Assembly: GCF_002113885.1 (NCBI RefSeq) | Contig: NW_018408896.1 | Span: 124,001 to 188,000 of the forward strand | Source of the DNA: Mizuhopecten yessoensis | Lineage: Eukaryota | Direction of reading: 5' to 3' | Length of the DNA: 64,000 bases | Shown here: positions 14,712 to 28,600 of the stretch, in pieces | Layout of the letters: the number at the start of each line of letters is the position of its first letter | Position numbering within the stretch: the first letter of the stretch is position 1 | Program-made: the position numbers and the translations under genes | Notes under the pieces: generated by a model | The model's input: the letters and a program-made list of their open reading frames with translations, nothing else | What the model was told of the DNA's origin: nothing | Database searches by the model: none

Positions 14712-15760
14712 ATTTCATTTCATTTCAGTATATATTATTCACAGATCTTAAGTACAGTCGGAATTGGGCAACAGGCATAGCCTATACAAGCCCTCTCCAT
14801 ACAATATTTAATAGTACACACATATCATGTTTGTCGTATATATATAACAAATTTTGTTTGTAACATATAATCGAGTCATGCAACAATTCAACATCCTGTT
14901 GAGAATCAGAACAGAAGAATCTAATAGAAATGTCTCTTGTCTCCAATGTACCTCTGAACCAATTCTACAATATTTATATTCATATTGTCATCTCCTATGA
15001 GGAAACCACGGATAAAATTTTGAGTATTAAGGGCAATATTGTCACTTATAGCGCGGAGGGAGTTCAGGACAAGCTGTCTTTGGTCAAATAAAGAGAAGGG
15101 AAAAAAATATCAGGCGTCAACCGGGGAACCACATAAACATGTAGGGCTATCTTTTAGATGGGAATTAAACAAATTTGAATTCAAGTTACAGGCAGACTTT
15201 CTCATTTGACATAGTACTATGATAAATTTTCTATCGCCATGGTATTTGAAAAAGGTATTACGTAGGTGTTGGGCACCAATAACAGATAAACGAAAGCATT
15301 CCTTTTTATAGAGCTCCAAGAGATGATATGTTGAGAAACAGACAGGAAGGTCGCTCCATTTCGACATCAGTTCCGGGAAAAAGCTAGTTTTGTAAAAATA
15401 CGATATCGAAAAATAAAAGGATGTTGAAACTTGGTCAAGAAAATATGTACAAGGTGATGATTGATGTTAAATTATATCATCAAATATTAAACCTTATAAA
15501 TACAAAATAACAAAACTGATATATAAACCAATAGTCTGCTCAGCTAGAATGAGTTGCAGGCAGCTATACACAAAAGACTGAATCGCATTGCTGACCTGTT
15601 TTAGCACGAAATTAGCGATATCATAATTTAATAATACACTGCGAGGGTAAGTGGCAATCGGCAAGAGATACATATTTAAAAGAATCGGGGAAGCAGGAGC
15701 ACAAAGGAAGATGCTGAAGTTTGGGAGTAGACCTATCATGAGTATCAAAAGAATCTATAA
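14712..15760 (-). mobile_element. Decayed 3' fragment of a CR1-group LINE
   Basis: ORF 15110-15367 (CQMRKSACNLNSNLFNSHLKDSPTCLCG) matches the C-terminus of the RT ORF at 33099-34469 (CQLRNKVSQLKSDLYNDHLTDNPKCDCG). Shared 3'UTR motif ACAGGCAT.GCCTATA.AAGCCCT and (GAAAT)n tail. Frameshifted; 5' limit approximate. Confidence 0.75.
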
Positions 15761-16244
15761 CGATGATTTACCCAGTGATGGTCAATTGATTTATATAGCT
15801 TAGAGTCATCAAAAAAAAAAAAATTGTCGGCGATCGCACACACATTGTGTTATTAACCAAACAAAGAACAATAATCACATATCTACTTCTAAATTAGAGC
15901 ATTCATGTTCATACGTATAGATTTGGATGTTTTCTGTCGAGCTGGAGATTATTTGTATCGCAGAAAGTATCCTGACAGTATCAACAGAAGGGTGATATTC
16001 ATAATTATATTAGACCGCAATTGTATTAAAAGGGGTAGGTTTTCGTTGAACCTGACTACTTTCAAAGATCAAGACATGTTGATCCACACCTATAAATCAA
16101 TAATCTTTTATGACAAATATTGTATTTTCATATTAAAAAAATGAGAACAAACAACTTCTGAAAACAGGTAGTGTGCCTGAATATTTTATTTTAGTATTTG
16201 TTCCTCCGATCCACCACAGTTTGATGTCATATACAAAATTGATT

Positions 16245-16500
16245 AGTTTGGTTTGTTTTATTTTGTTTAACGTCCTATTAACAGCTAAGGTCTTTTAAGG
16301 ACCTGCCTCCGTGTATCTTGCGGATGCATGCATGTGTGTATGTGTGCCGGAAACAGGGTATTTTAGTGTACTTGCCTCATTGTGATAGCGCGATCTGATG
16401 CCGCCTTTATAGAAATACAATGTCGAAGGCACCCAGCACAGCCTTCCGCCCAGAAACATTATATTGACAACGGGTGAACCCAGGGTAACAGTTGGTGTGG
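16245..16500 (-). mobile_element. SINE-like dispersed repeat (resembles mollusc Meta-domain SINE 3' part)
   Basis: TTTGGTTTGTTT tail, TTTAACGTCCTATTAACAGCTAAGGTC and CCCAGAAACATTATATTGACAACGGG; related copies elsewhere in the window. Family assignment is from memory. Confidence 0.55.
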
Positions 16501-17034
16501 TCTTTTCTTGATCCCCGACCTGCAGGGATGTACAAAATTGAAACTGACCAGATCGATGTGGAGAGGGGCCATATCTGGCATACTAAAATTAATAATTTAT
16601 CAAACTGTTGCAAAGTCATAGAAAAAGTATTTTGATGTTTTGTCATTTTCATCTGAAAGTCTTTTTAAAAAATAAAATCTTTAACTGCGCCTAATGATGG
16701 GTCGCCTGCAGGTTCTTATGTTTCAGTCTGTGTTTTCTGCTAAGAAGAAACTTAAGTGACATGTTATTGAACTGCTGCCCCCATTGCAACGCTTGCGAAT
16801 TTCTCTTTTCCCTATATCTCTACATTCTCTTTCTGATTTGCCTTATCTAATTGTCTTAATCCCACAAACCACTCAAACATCCATCTAAAATACTTGAACA
16901 TCATAAACAAGATACACCACGCGATGGGGCATTTTAAATTTTTGTACGACACTCATGTTCATCCGTACAGAAAGAAAAGTCAGACCACCAATTCCGGTTT
17001 TAACCTTGTGAATCGATCTACCTCAATAATCGCC

Positions 17035-20000
17035 ATGGCAGTAATTCCGGAACAAACGTTACTCAGTGGATACAAGATACCATGCGTTGGTCTCGGAACT
17101 TGGGAGGTAGGACCTTGCTGAAAGGAATATAAATGCACACTTCATTTAACTGACCTGGATTTATCTGTGTATTGTATTTGCTTACCTCTGATAAATTGTA
17201 CTTTGTACCGACTTGTGTTCGGGTCTCAACAAGAGTTAAACCCGTTAAATCATTGTATTGATAATGACCGAACTTTTTCAGTTTAACTGTGTACACTCAT
17301 GTTTTTATACATTTCGTTCAATTATCATATTCAGGTATCTAAATACCTATTGTACTGATATGACGCATAGAGAATAAACAGTAGGTATATTGTACGTTAG
17401 AGATAACGTTAAGCCACTTCCTACCCGACTGTAGTGACACGATCGTGCAATAGAAAAGTATGGTGCGCCAGCTGGACATTGGTATGTTTATTATTTTTAA
17501 TGATAAGATAGAAACAGGCAGATTTACAATTTCCAGGATTTATTTACAAGATATTGGCTGCCTATTTCCTCCTTGGATTGGGATAAGTGAAACAACTAAT
17601 TTAAGTTTCTATAACATTTAAGGTACTCCGAAGACCCCTAAGTGTACTTATTTATTTCAGTCAAAACCTGGAGACTTTAGGGCGGCTGTGAAGACTGCGA
17701 TAGGGCTGGGATACCGGCATTTCGACTGTGCACTCGCCTATGGAAATGAAAAGGAGATCGGAGAGGCATTTAAGGAAATAACTGATGAAGGAACAGTCAA
17801 ACGTGAGGAATTGTTCATCACAACAAAGGTACAATTAGCCTCTCTTATATCGTCAATATCGTTTAAATATCATGTACAATATGTAACAGAGATTCAAAGC
17901 CTGACGTCACATTTTATCATAACCTTCATTTTATTATATTTTATTGTGTATAAATATAATCATGATATATTTGGTTTAATTTCCTAACAGCTTAGGTTAT
18001 TTAAGGACTTTCCTCCATGTGGGTACTATGTGCGTGCTTGTGTACATGTGTGCTGGAGCCGGTTTGTGCAATGTGCTTGGCTCCTTTTAATAGTGCGGAT
18101 CTGATGCCGACCTTATTGTGCAACCTCACTTAAATATCGTGTGACAAACACACAGCCTAGTATTCTACCGGTAACATTATACAACGTTACAACCTGTGAA
18201 TGATATAGGACACCTATTTCACGATATTTAGATATGTTTCATGAGCGAAAAATATGAAAACATTTCAACACATGACTTTGCTCTTTTTCATACTAAACCC
18301 TGCTGTCTGATAAGTCGCCTTAGTGTGAAATTGTGAAACTAAGGTTTCAGATGTAGGTCAAGAAATTTATCACTGAAAATTATAAAAATGCATAATTTTC
18401 AGCTTTGGAACACCTACCACAGTAAGGCCCGAGTACTGGAGGGGTGTAAGGAGTCACTGACAAACTTCGGTCTGGACTACATTGATCTGTACATCATTCA
18501 CTGGCCTTTTGCTACGAGGGTAAGACGTCAGGTGTCCCAGTGAAGTAATATATTGGTTTCACAATAACGTATCACGTGATCAATATATAGAATGTATCGA
18601 GTTCATTCAGGTCCATTTAAACCATTGATACATATATCATACAGCTCATTTGTCTAAAGTTAATTGGTGTTTTTTTTGTAAACAGCAGAAACGGGTATAT
18701 TTCTGTATCGGTTTGCGAATGTAAAATGCTGTTTCGCAATTGTGTGATAGATGAATAAGTTTGTTAATCAAGGAACGCTCACATTGTTAAACGAAAGCGT
18801 AGCTGTTAAGATGAATACAAAACATCATAAACATATATTTGTTACCTTGATACTACAACATGAATAGCCTTTGTCGTCCCTATATTCCACTTCAATTGTT
18901 ATATTTGATCATCTCATTCACGTTCGTATTTGATTGGAGTGGTTACGTAGGAAGTTGATACTATTTTTGTATACTCTTATAGCCGGCGATTACTTGATAC
19001 CTTTGGCTTTTTTGTGATTATATCATTTGATGAAATGGTCAAATGCATGCACTCTTTTGCGATATCGCACTCTTATCACGCCCTTGGCTGTCAGTTTCAT
19101 TCACATTATAATTCAAACTAATCTTAGAGTTATGATTATCGATTTACAAAGTAAGTTAACGCTAATTTACATCTCTACTATATTGTTTGAACTTTTTCTA
19201 GAATTTTGATTAACGATATTGTTAGAACTCGCTGTTAACACTATTAGAAGTCGTTTTCAGCTATAAATTATAATTAAGTTCATTCCCGGATTTCACTATG
19301 ATAATCAATGATTTTCAGGAAAATGATGGGTTGTACCCATTAACACCTGATGGCAAGACTGATGTTGTCGATATAGACTTCATAGAAACATGGACAGTAA
19401 GTACATCTAAATGTTATATATCCTATAAAAAACCTGATAAGGTATGACAAGTTTGTATTACTTACTCTGTTCCGCCATAACTAGTAAATAAGATAACTAT
19501 TTGGTGTAAATAGAATATTTTTTTCAATTTTACGGAAAACAGAATGTTTTATATTTGTCGTATCATTGTTTGCAGTTGTTAAACGTAAATTTACAATATT
19601 TTATAAGAAAGAAAAAAAAAGTCGAACATTGACTTGTGTTTCCAGCAGGATTGTGCCGTTACATAAACATTTGATCATTCATTGCGAAAGAGTTTTAGGA
19701 ATGTTATTAGTTACAAACTCGTAGTCGGCCTTTCAAAATCAGTTAACTTTGATGATAAATAATATAACACACTGTTAAAATGCACATTTATTTTCAATGC
19801 GTTTATTGACTAAACATTTATTTTGAATGCCTTTTCTTTTTTTTTTATAAAATACATTATCAGTAAAAAAAACACCAATATATATATAGTTCCGGTATAT
19901 GACCTGATTATAGTTGTGTATCGTTGATACATGTGCGCTATCTTGGTTTGGTTTTACCGGGTTTAAAGTTCTTTTAGAATCCAAGGTCGTACAATAAAAC

Positions 20001-23000
20001 ATTGTGTTAATTATTTTCACCTAGACGATCAAATTAATATACCACGAATTTATTTGTCCTTTTCGAGCAAATCGACATCCTCACCATTTACATTTGTAAA
20101 AGGTCTGACTGACGTTGTTATGGTAGATTGTATCTTGTCTATTCTTTTCTCGTTTACTATACAATTTCTTGTATATTCGCGTTAGGACTAAATGCATCAA
20201 TGCAGCAGTTGTTCCGCAGTTTGGAATAGTATCCTTTATGTGAAGAAATAATTTTTGATAAATCATTATGAGCTGCAAAATTTCACTATTATGAAATTAC
20301 CTTACTCAAATTATTTGTTGCATTACATTACTGCTCTCTATCGAACAGGCCATGCAGGATTTGGTAGACGAGGGTATGTGTAGATCCATAGGTGTGTCTA
20401 ACTTCAATTCTAAACAGATTCAGAGGATTTTAGATCTTGGTTTGAAACATCCATTGTCATGTAACCAGGTACGTACAAAATAGTTTGTTCCAGGAAAGAT
20501 TTTGAATTTTTGTTCGGCTTTGCAAACAGTGGTTATAAATGCATCAAATATAAAAATGTATTAGTCTGCTTGACAAATATTGCTTTATAATGACACGGTG
20601 ACTATTATTACTTCAATTCCAGATCGAAATATCTCCCTATAATTCCAATGGAAACTTGCTACAGTTCTGTCAATCCAAAGGCATTGTCGTAGTGGCGTAT
20701 TGCCCTCTGGGTTCTGCTGAGCGACCATGGTAAGCTTGAAGAGTGGCAATTCATTTGTAACATGTACAATATAACGTTATTTTTGAGACCAATTATAGGT
20801 CATAATTATTTTAAATCTGTATGACATATTCTTTATGAAAAATCATCGTATTGCTAAATCAATGATAAGTTGAATCGTACTTGTAAAGCTGAATTCTCGA
20901 AATGTTATTGGTCTAAATATATGAACATATGTTACATTCTAGCATTGTTCCAATTTGACACTGATATACTTTTTGTTTGACATTTAGGGCGAAACCTGAC
21001 GACCCTAAATTACTAGAAGAACCGGAGATAGCAAAAATAGCAACTCGATACAGCAAGTCACCTGGCCAGGTCTGTATGATGTGATGACTTTACATATACA
21101 TGTACTTAGACGGTAACGAATTTCGTCTAACGGACTAAAATGTGTACTCTTAACAGTAAGCTGTTTTTAAAAGGGACACGAACGGGTAGAATAGTAGTAC
21201 TTTGGTAATGTCTGTGTTTTAGAAATTAAATAACGGTAAAATAATAAAATAAAGATGCGATTACATGTTTGTGAGTTACATTCCTATTTCTAAGAATATT
21301 GATGGGACATAGAGATGCCCTTGATATATCGTCAATGTGTGTACGGAAACTCATTTTCTTTTGTTTATTTATTTGTACAGAATTAGAGGCCAATGTTTAG
21401 GAACAGCTATACAAATATTATGTGAAGGAGAATTTCTAGAGGTAAAATTAACAGTGAAACATATTCATTTTATTTTATGTCGACTTCTTTTTTTTTAATT
21501 ATAACGTTAAAGTAATCAAGTTTTGCCTGATGTTAAGGTTGTACTTCGATGGGGTGTACAAAGAGGATATATCGTCATACCGAAAAGCGTGTCTGCAGCA
21601 AGAATGACACAAAACATTGAAGTAGGTATACATTGTATTGTCGGGTGTCATGCAATTTTTATACTAAACGACAAAAATTGCAAGCCCTTAAATATACTAA
21701 ATCCGTGTTTTACTGAAGGTTTTGTAAACATACTGTAATCAAATTAAAGATTTGAGATTTTAAAAGACGTGTAACAATTTCAAGTTGTAAATTAAATATG
21801 GACATAATTAAATTAATGAAGCTTAACATATTAAAGATACATTAATGAACATAGATTAATTAACATTTTAAGTGAAAATGATAAATCAACCCCACTCCTA
21901 AATGTATTCTGTAAAAAAAATCTGAACTGTTTTGATTACCGAAATATATTATACATAAACACATATTGCAGATTCAACGTTTATTATGAGTTCAGATAAT
22001 AATTTATCGGCAATCATGAATTTAATATTTTATTAATTTATTCAGGAGGTTTTTCAGATGTTAGCGTTAAACTCTGATCGAAGGTGATAATGCTGTATAC
22101 AACTTCAAATAACTTCAGATAAGGCTTACAAATTTGTAATGGCTTTGTTTTCTTCACATAAAGGATTATATTCCAAACTGCGGAACAACTGCTGCATTGA
22201 TGCATTTAGCCCTAACGCGAATATACAAGAAAGTGTATAGTAAACGAGAAAAGAATAGACGAGATACAATCTACCATAACAATGTCAGTTAGACCTCTTT
22301 TATTCAGCTCGGTATGTAACTAGAACAAATGTTAATGGTGAGGCTGTCGATTTGCTCGAAAAGGACAAATAAATTCGTGGTGTATTAATTTGATCGTCTA
22401 GGGTGAAAATAACTAACATAATGTTTTATTGTGCGCCCTTCGATTTTAAAAGAACTTTAAACCCGGTAAAACCAAACCAAGATAGCACACATGTAGCAAC
22501 GATACACAACTATAACACATACACTACTGAGTCGGTGCTTGCTTAGACTACCCCCTTCAGTGATTTCCTTTCACCTGAGTGATGATGAAACGGAGTCTCA
22601 TGATAGAAATAAAAAAATAAAAACTCTTTACCATGAAACATTGTAAGCTATACTTATAGATTTGATGTCAATATTTAATTACAGCTTTTTGACTTTGAAC
22701 TGAACGATGATGAAATGAAATTCATACACGGGATGAATAGGAACGCTCGATGCTGTCTCTGGGCAGAGTACGACCCTTTTTGTAAACTTAAATCACTTTG
22801 CAACAATTAATATTCACATCATAAAATATCTAACATAAAAAGGACTGAATCAGTTAGTTTTTTGTGTTCCTTGAAGCATTTATTTCCATTTCTCGTGGTT
22901 TTTAATTCAAATTTCTGTACCATGATGTGTATATGCTATTTTTTTAGTTCTTTTTACTACCAAGTTCTTTAAAGTATCTTGAATATTTCAATCTTATATA

Positions 23001-23271
23001 TATAATTTGACCCTCATCTCATTTTGTATATTTCAAAAATAGAATGGTGAAACATTGTCGGAATGTAAAAATAAGTCAGGTTACCGATATTTGTATTTAT
23101 ATATGTATATATATACATAATTGTATTCACAGCAATGGTGATTTCCAAAGGGAATCTACCCTACTATATTTTATATGCTTCACGCTTTACTTACTTAAAT
23201 ATAAACTATACTATCTATTGTTTTTCAGTGCCTCACACAGTCCCTACTATCCTTTCAAAGAGGAGGTTTAG
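17035..23271 (+). CDS. AKR1B1-like: Aldo-keto reductase family 1 (aldose reductase-like), gene 2, 10 exons, 317 aa
   Basis: Exons 17035-17106, 17661-17828, 18403-18519, 19319-19396, 20349-20468, 20623-20729, 20988-21069, 21538-21621, 22685-22767, 23229-23271. All GT-AG, 954 nt in frame. Catalytic D/Y/K/H intact; ends YPFKEEV*. Confidence 0.93.
17970..18200 (-). mobile_element. SINE-like repeat copy in gene 2 intron 2 (also present in gene 4 intron 2 at ~36215-36460)
   Basis: Similar to 16245-16500 (AAGGAC.T.CCTCC, GCGGATCTGATGCCGAC). Confidence 0.55.
19908..20248 (-). repeat. Inverted copy (left arm) of a gene 2 intron 8 segment, located in intron 4
   Basis: Reverse complement of 22149-22515 at roughly 90% identity, with one ~30-bp gap. 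Confidence 0.9.
22149..22515 (+). repeat. Right arm of the gene 2 intronic inverted repeat (ancestral intron 8 sequence)
   Basis: Complementary to 19908-20248. Diverged homologues lie in intron 8 of genes 3 (~29880-30360) and 4 (~42690-43060). Confidence 0.9.
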
Positions 23272-23927
23272 GTTTGGACACCAAACATGAAATACATACT
23301 ATTTGTTCAACGAATAGTGGATATTTTTGTTTACATTTCTCGTATACTTTAATTCATATATGCTGATGAATCGGAGACGGGGATTTTCATTGGGTCTTTT
23401 GCTTAGAAGACATCGCAGAAGGGGAAATTATCCGCCGCCAAATCGCAACGCTTGGGATAATGTTTGTTTCTTTACTCATTTCTTGTTTTGGCGGAGTTTG
23501 AGGAATGGACACCTATCATGACAAATACCCATTGGTCAACGATGGTGTGTATTTTTGTATAAATTTCTTGTATACTTTAATTCATATACTGTAAAGTGGT
23601 GGATGTAATTGAACATGTTTCTCAACTCTATCAAAAACACCTTTGATGCAATTAAATACGGTATTATCTGATGCCAATACACTTGTCAATTAACTTTGTT
23701 GATTAATTTGTTGCAGACACATATAAAATGTCAGGAATGACATAAAACAATCTTGTGTTTTTTTTGGTGTCGACTTTTTCACATACACTAGAAAATGCAT
23801 CAAAGTGGATATCGTTTCTGATGAACGCTGCAGAAAAGGAGCTTTGTTTGGGATGTTTTGCTTATGAGACACAAAAACAAACAAAATTATATGTTGCCCC
23901 ATGGTGACACTTGGGATGTATATACGT

Positions 23928-24307
23928 TCAAGTTCAAGTTCAATTTGTTTATTTAAGTGTCACATATCGCAATTACATTTATGTTCATTAATACATATAA
24001 AATACTTGTACAAAATATAAATCAATACCATTGGTACATATAAAATACTTGCAGTTGGCTGTTTCCTAGAACTTAAAATAGTTTGTTTAACATAAAAAAA
24101 ACCCACTTGTAATAGGGATCAATATCGACATTAGATTATTGTGAGACTACCCTTCTTATTATTATTAACATGTAGGTTGCAGTGACTCAAAGTGCGCTAC
24201 CTTAGGGTTGGGGAGAGCCCTACCAGCGAAGACAGGTCGCTCTGCGCCACTGCAATCATACGATGTAACTTTAAAAATATATTTTTATTTTTTGATTTCT
24301 ATTTTTT
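23928..24307 (-). mobile_element. 5'-truncated non-LTR retroelement 3' end
   Basis: Minus-strand AATAAA followed by a (TTGAAC)n tail; flanked by TATACGT direct repeats (23921-23927, 24308-24314). Absent from the paralogous spacer at ~44280. Confidence 0.6.
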
Positions 24308-24622
24308 TATACGTATTATGTTTTCTGTTTTCACTTCCCTCCTCTTCTTTTCGGCAGCGTCTCCCAAGACACGTGTCTTCACATGCCCTTAGCAGTTGAA
24401 AGGATGCTAAACCCAGGCAAAGAAACTAAAATATTCAATCTGCAGTTCCCCAATGAAAAAACAACTACATATAACAAAACGAAATTTAACATATAGCACC
24501 TGTCGTGTTCTCTCATGTAGGGATGTGTATATCTCGCAAACAATCCAGGGAATAATGAAAACATTCTGTTGAACTGTATTAAGGTGTCTTCTGTACTGTA
24601 TACACACTGTCACTCCGTAGCT

Positions 24623-24787
24623 TACGAGGCATTGAACTGCTTTCAGATAGCTTTCATAGGCAATATGAACTCCAACCAGACCAAGGCAAATATAACATGA
24701 AGCGCTCGCGCTCCATTCAATTTGTCATTGTCCAGTTGGCATTTATATTGCCTACGAATGTCATCTGATAGCAGTTCAATACTCGTA
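24623..24787. repeat. 165-bp imperfect palindrome (hairpin/MITE-like)
   Basis: TACGAG.CATTGAACTGCT...TAGGCAATAT...GCGC-TC-GCGC...ATATTGCCTA...AGCAGTTCAAT.CTCGTA. Confidence 0.75.
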
Positions 24788-25692
24788 TTTACCATTTTTG
24801 GAATCTGTTCATCTTATTAAAAAATAAATTAGACTTACTATTATTCACCATTAAGTTCAAATAATGTATGTACCGTGTATGCCTGTTCCATAATAAAACA
24901 GCCATCGCCCGGGGAGGGTCAGTGGTATCCAAAGTAACAAGTATGACGTCATAATAATGATGACGTCAGCAATCGGTCCTCGGCATTCATATCCTATACC
25001 ATTGCCAACTGAATTGTGGAAGGGTTATATAGTAACAATGCTTTACGATGGTGAATATTGTTTAAAAATATCATGGAGATTAGGAACAGACGCCCGAGTC
25101 CGTAAACTCTATGAACTGTGAAGACTAAGCTTAATATGGTGATAATAATTAAAGGGGCGCTTACGGTCAAGTTTGTCTTTAACACGAAATATCTGGTGTT
25201 AGTCTTTCTCTTACTTCTTTTAACTCCCTGTATAAACCAGTAATATTACCCTGACTTATATATAATTACGATATAGCCACCTGTCATAACATCCTGACCT
25301 AAATAACCACGTACAGAATAATTTCGCATAAGATTTGTTTCACGATATGTATACTTCTAAACTAAAACAACAATGTTATCTGTTGTTAACAAAGACTGCA
25401 AATTTGTAACGCGATAATGGAAATATATTATTCACATAAAAAGCACCACAGTAATATGAAAAGCATTTCCATTTGAAAGCAATATAAAGTGCGTTTTACA
25501 TTTCAAATATCCATACTTTTTATCTCAAGTATTACGTTTAAAACAGAAATAGTTTAAGTGACTATCACCGATCTAATATACAACACGATAGGGTAGATTA
25601 ACTTTGATATGACACTCATAAGCATTCGTACAGAAGCGCAATCACACCACGTATTATAGGGGGCGACATCTTGTGGATTATATACCATCGTC

Positions 25693-28600
25693 ATGTCAGC
25701 TATACCGGAACAGACGTTACTCAGTGGGTACAAGATACCATGCGTTGGTCTGGGAACTGCGAAGGTAAGTTGTCGAACAAAGAAACAATATTGCACTTTG
25801 TATGGATTTACAGTATATTTAGGAAAGTAAGATGTATCTAGTTATTTCCCGCTTTTATCCCATTCAATATACTATGAACCGGCTTAAGTTTAGGTCTGAA
25901 TAATTGCTGTTGAAGGTACCAATCAATTACTAGTTGCTAGTACATCAATTCGTTATTTTGATATACATAAAACACATTTTGACTTGTTGAGGTATTTTGG
26001 TATTTGTTTGTGCTGATATGATCCATATATGAATAGAAATTAGGACAAGATAAACGCTATGGCAACAACTAGATACCCGACAACACTGTACAGTGTGTAA
26101 TATATATAAGTATGGTGCTCTAGCTGTGCACTGTCAGGTTATACAATACTAGCGGCGTGCAGATGTAAGTTTTTAGGAATTGAAATTTTGTGTACAATAA
26201 CAATATATATTAGTAAGGATTGTTGAGTAATAACGTTGTTGCTTGATTATTGGACCACGCGGAATTTAAATGATGCAAATGTCTTCCTGGAAAAAACCTT
26301 GAAATTGGGCCCCGATACCTTCAAGCGTTACAGTGCAGGAATTGCAAAAAACTCCTTCATGATCAAATCATGTTTTTACTATGAAAGAATAGAAAAAGGC
26401 ATATTACTTTACCCTCCAAATTTCAGTCAAAACCTGGAGAAGTTGGAGCGGCTGTGAAGACTGCGATAGGGCTGGGATACCGGCATTTCGACTGTGCACT
26501 CGCCTATGGAAATGAAAAAGAGATAGGAGAGGCAATTAAAGAGGTTACTGGTAATGGAACAGTCAAACGTGAGGACTTGTTCATCACAACAAAGGTATGA
26601 TAAGTCTCTCCTAAATTGCTCGGTTAACGCCTGTGCCGGTATACTTTATCAACACGGCAGGATGTCGACTTTAAACACCACTTCAATTTACTGATACAGG
26701 GCCCACTTGTATAAAACATCTTAAAGTTAAGCAAAATCTCAAGCAATGTATTGCCAATGGGAAATCTTAGACTTGCGGAAATCTCAAGAGTTGAGATGTT
26801 TTTCTTCTGATTTTGTACGTATTTCATTTCAATCATTACATTTAATCAACCCACCACAATCGCCCCTATCTTCGGGGATCTACATTAAAATGCTGATATT
26901 ATTGAAATTTTGAGCAAATGCACTTCGCAAAATAATGCTGCTTTTTTTTAATCTGAAAGTGACATTATAAATAAGGATTTGTTTAAAATATTCCAAAATA
27001 TACGATTTTCAGCTGTGGAACACCTACCACAGCAAGGCCCGAGTACTGGAGGGGTGTAAGGAGTCCCTGACAAACCTCGGTCTGGACTACATTGATCTGT
27101 ACATCATTCACTGGCCTATTGCTCTGAGGGTAAGACTTACTGAGTTTTCCCAGTGAAGCATTACATAGATTGCACGATATTTTCATCTTGCTATAGGACT
27201 ATACGTATGATCATCGATTTACAAAGTCATTAAAGTTACATGTTTAATACAGTTATGTGTAGCAGCTTATACATGTATACTACATTGATTGAACCTGTAG
27301 TTTAACATCAGCACATTGACGTTTTTGTAGTATGTTATACCCACAAGCTTTTAATAAACAAGCAGAAAACGCATTTTCAAAATGTATGTGTTGTCTGTTC
27401 ACTATTTAATGTCAAAACAGCAGGCTTGCGTTGCATCTCAGTTCAAAAGTAGTACATATTGTAATCTCATCATAATATTACATAATTTTCAGGAAAATGT
27501 TGCATTATTTCCGAAAACTCCAGACGGCAAGGCTGATGTTGTCGATATAGACTTCATTGAAACATGGACAGTACGTATGTATCCTTGTTTCATTCCTATA
27601 AACAAATATACTTGACATGTAAAGCCATACCTCACGAGGAATGGTAGGTAGATATTTTGTTGGAAATTTATTTTCAATTCAATGGAAATCATCATTGATA
27701 AATTTGTCTTGCCCACAATTCCAACCATTGAATGTGACTTTGTAGTATTTTGTGAAAATTATATATAGAGCCTCGTTACATTGACATCTTCCAGATCAGT
27801 GCAGAACAATGACGCTATGAAAAGATTTGAAAACTTATCACTGGAGATTTATAAAGGAGATATTATTACAAATAATGAACATTTAAAACATTTTTTTTAG
27901 ACAAGTTTGCAAAACAAATAAATGGTAATCGTACCAACTTAACGAATAACTGATAGTTTTTGTGGAGAAATGCAGGTTTTATGTAGAAAAATTGCTTTGC
28001 ACAAATCCACAAAATCTTTGTTAGTACTTGCTATTTAACTAATCAAGGTAACCACTTTTTAAATACGCGGTTATGATTTGTATTGACTAACAAACACATA
28101 TATTAAAACAAGATACGTAAAAAGGACTTTCAGAATATGATATCATCACCTTTAGTATTTTTCTGTAAGGATCCATTATAACCTGGTAAGGTTTATCATA
28201 GGGAAATAACCATTGAGTAAATTTATTTTATATTAAACCAGTGCTCTCTTTCCAACAGGCCATGCAGGATTTGGTTGACCAGGCTATGTGTAGATCCATA
28301 GGTGTATCCAACTTCAATTCTAAACAGATCCAAAGGATTTTAGATCTTGGTTTAAAACATCCACTATCATGTAATCAGGTAAATACGTTCATCAAAGGTA
28401 CACACTTTGAAGTGATGTTCGGCTTTGCAAACAGTGATTATAAAAACATCAAATGTACAAATGTGTCATCCTACTTTAATGAAAGTAAACCAATAATGTT
28501 CAAATTTTGATTGTATAATCATTCTTAACCAATATTGCTATACTCTGACGACTGTTATTACTTAAATTTCAGATCGAAATATCTCCTTATCATTCCAACG

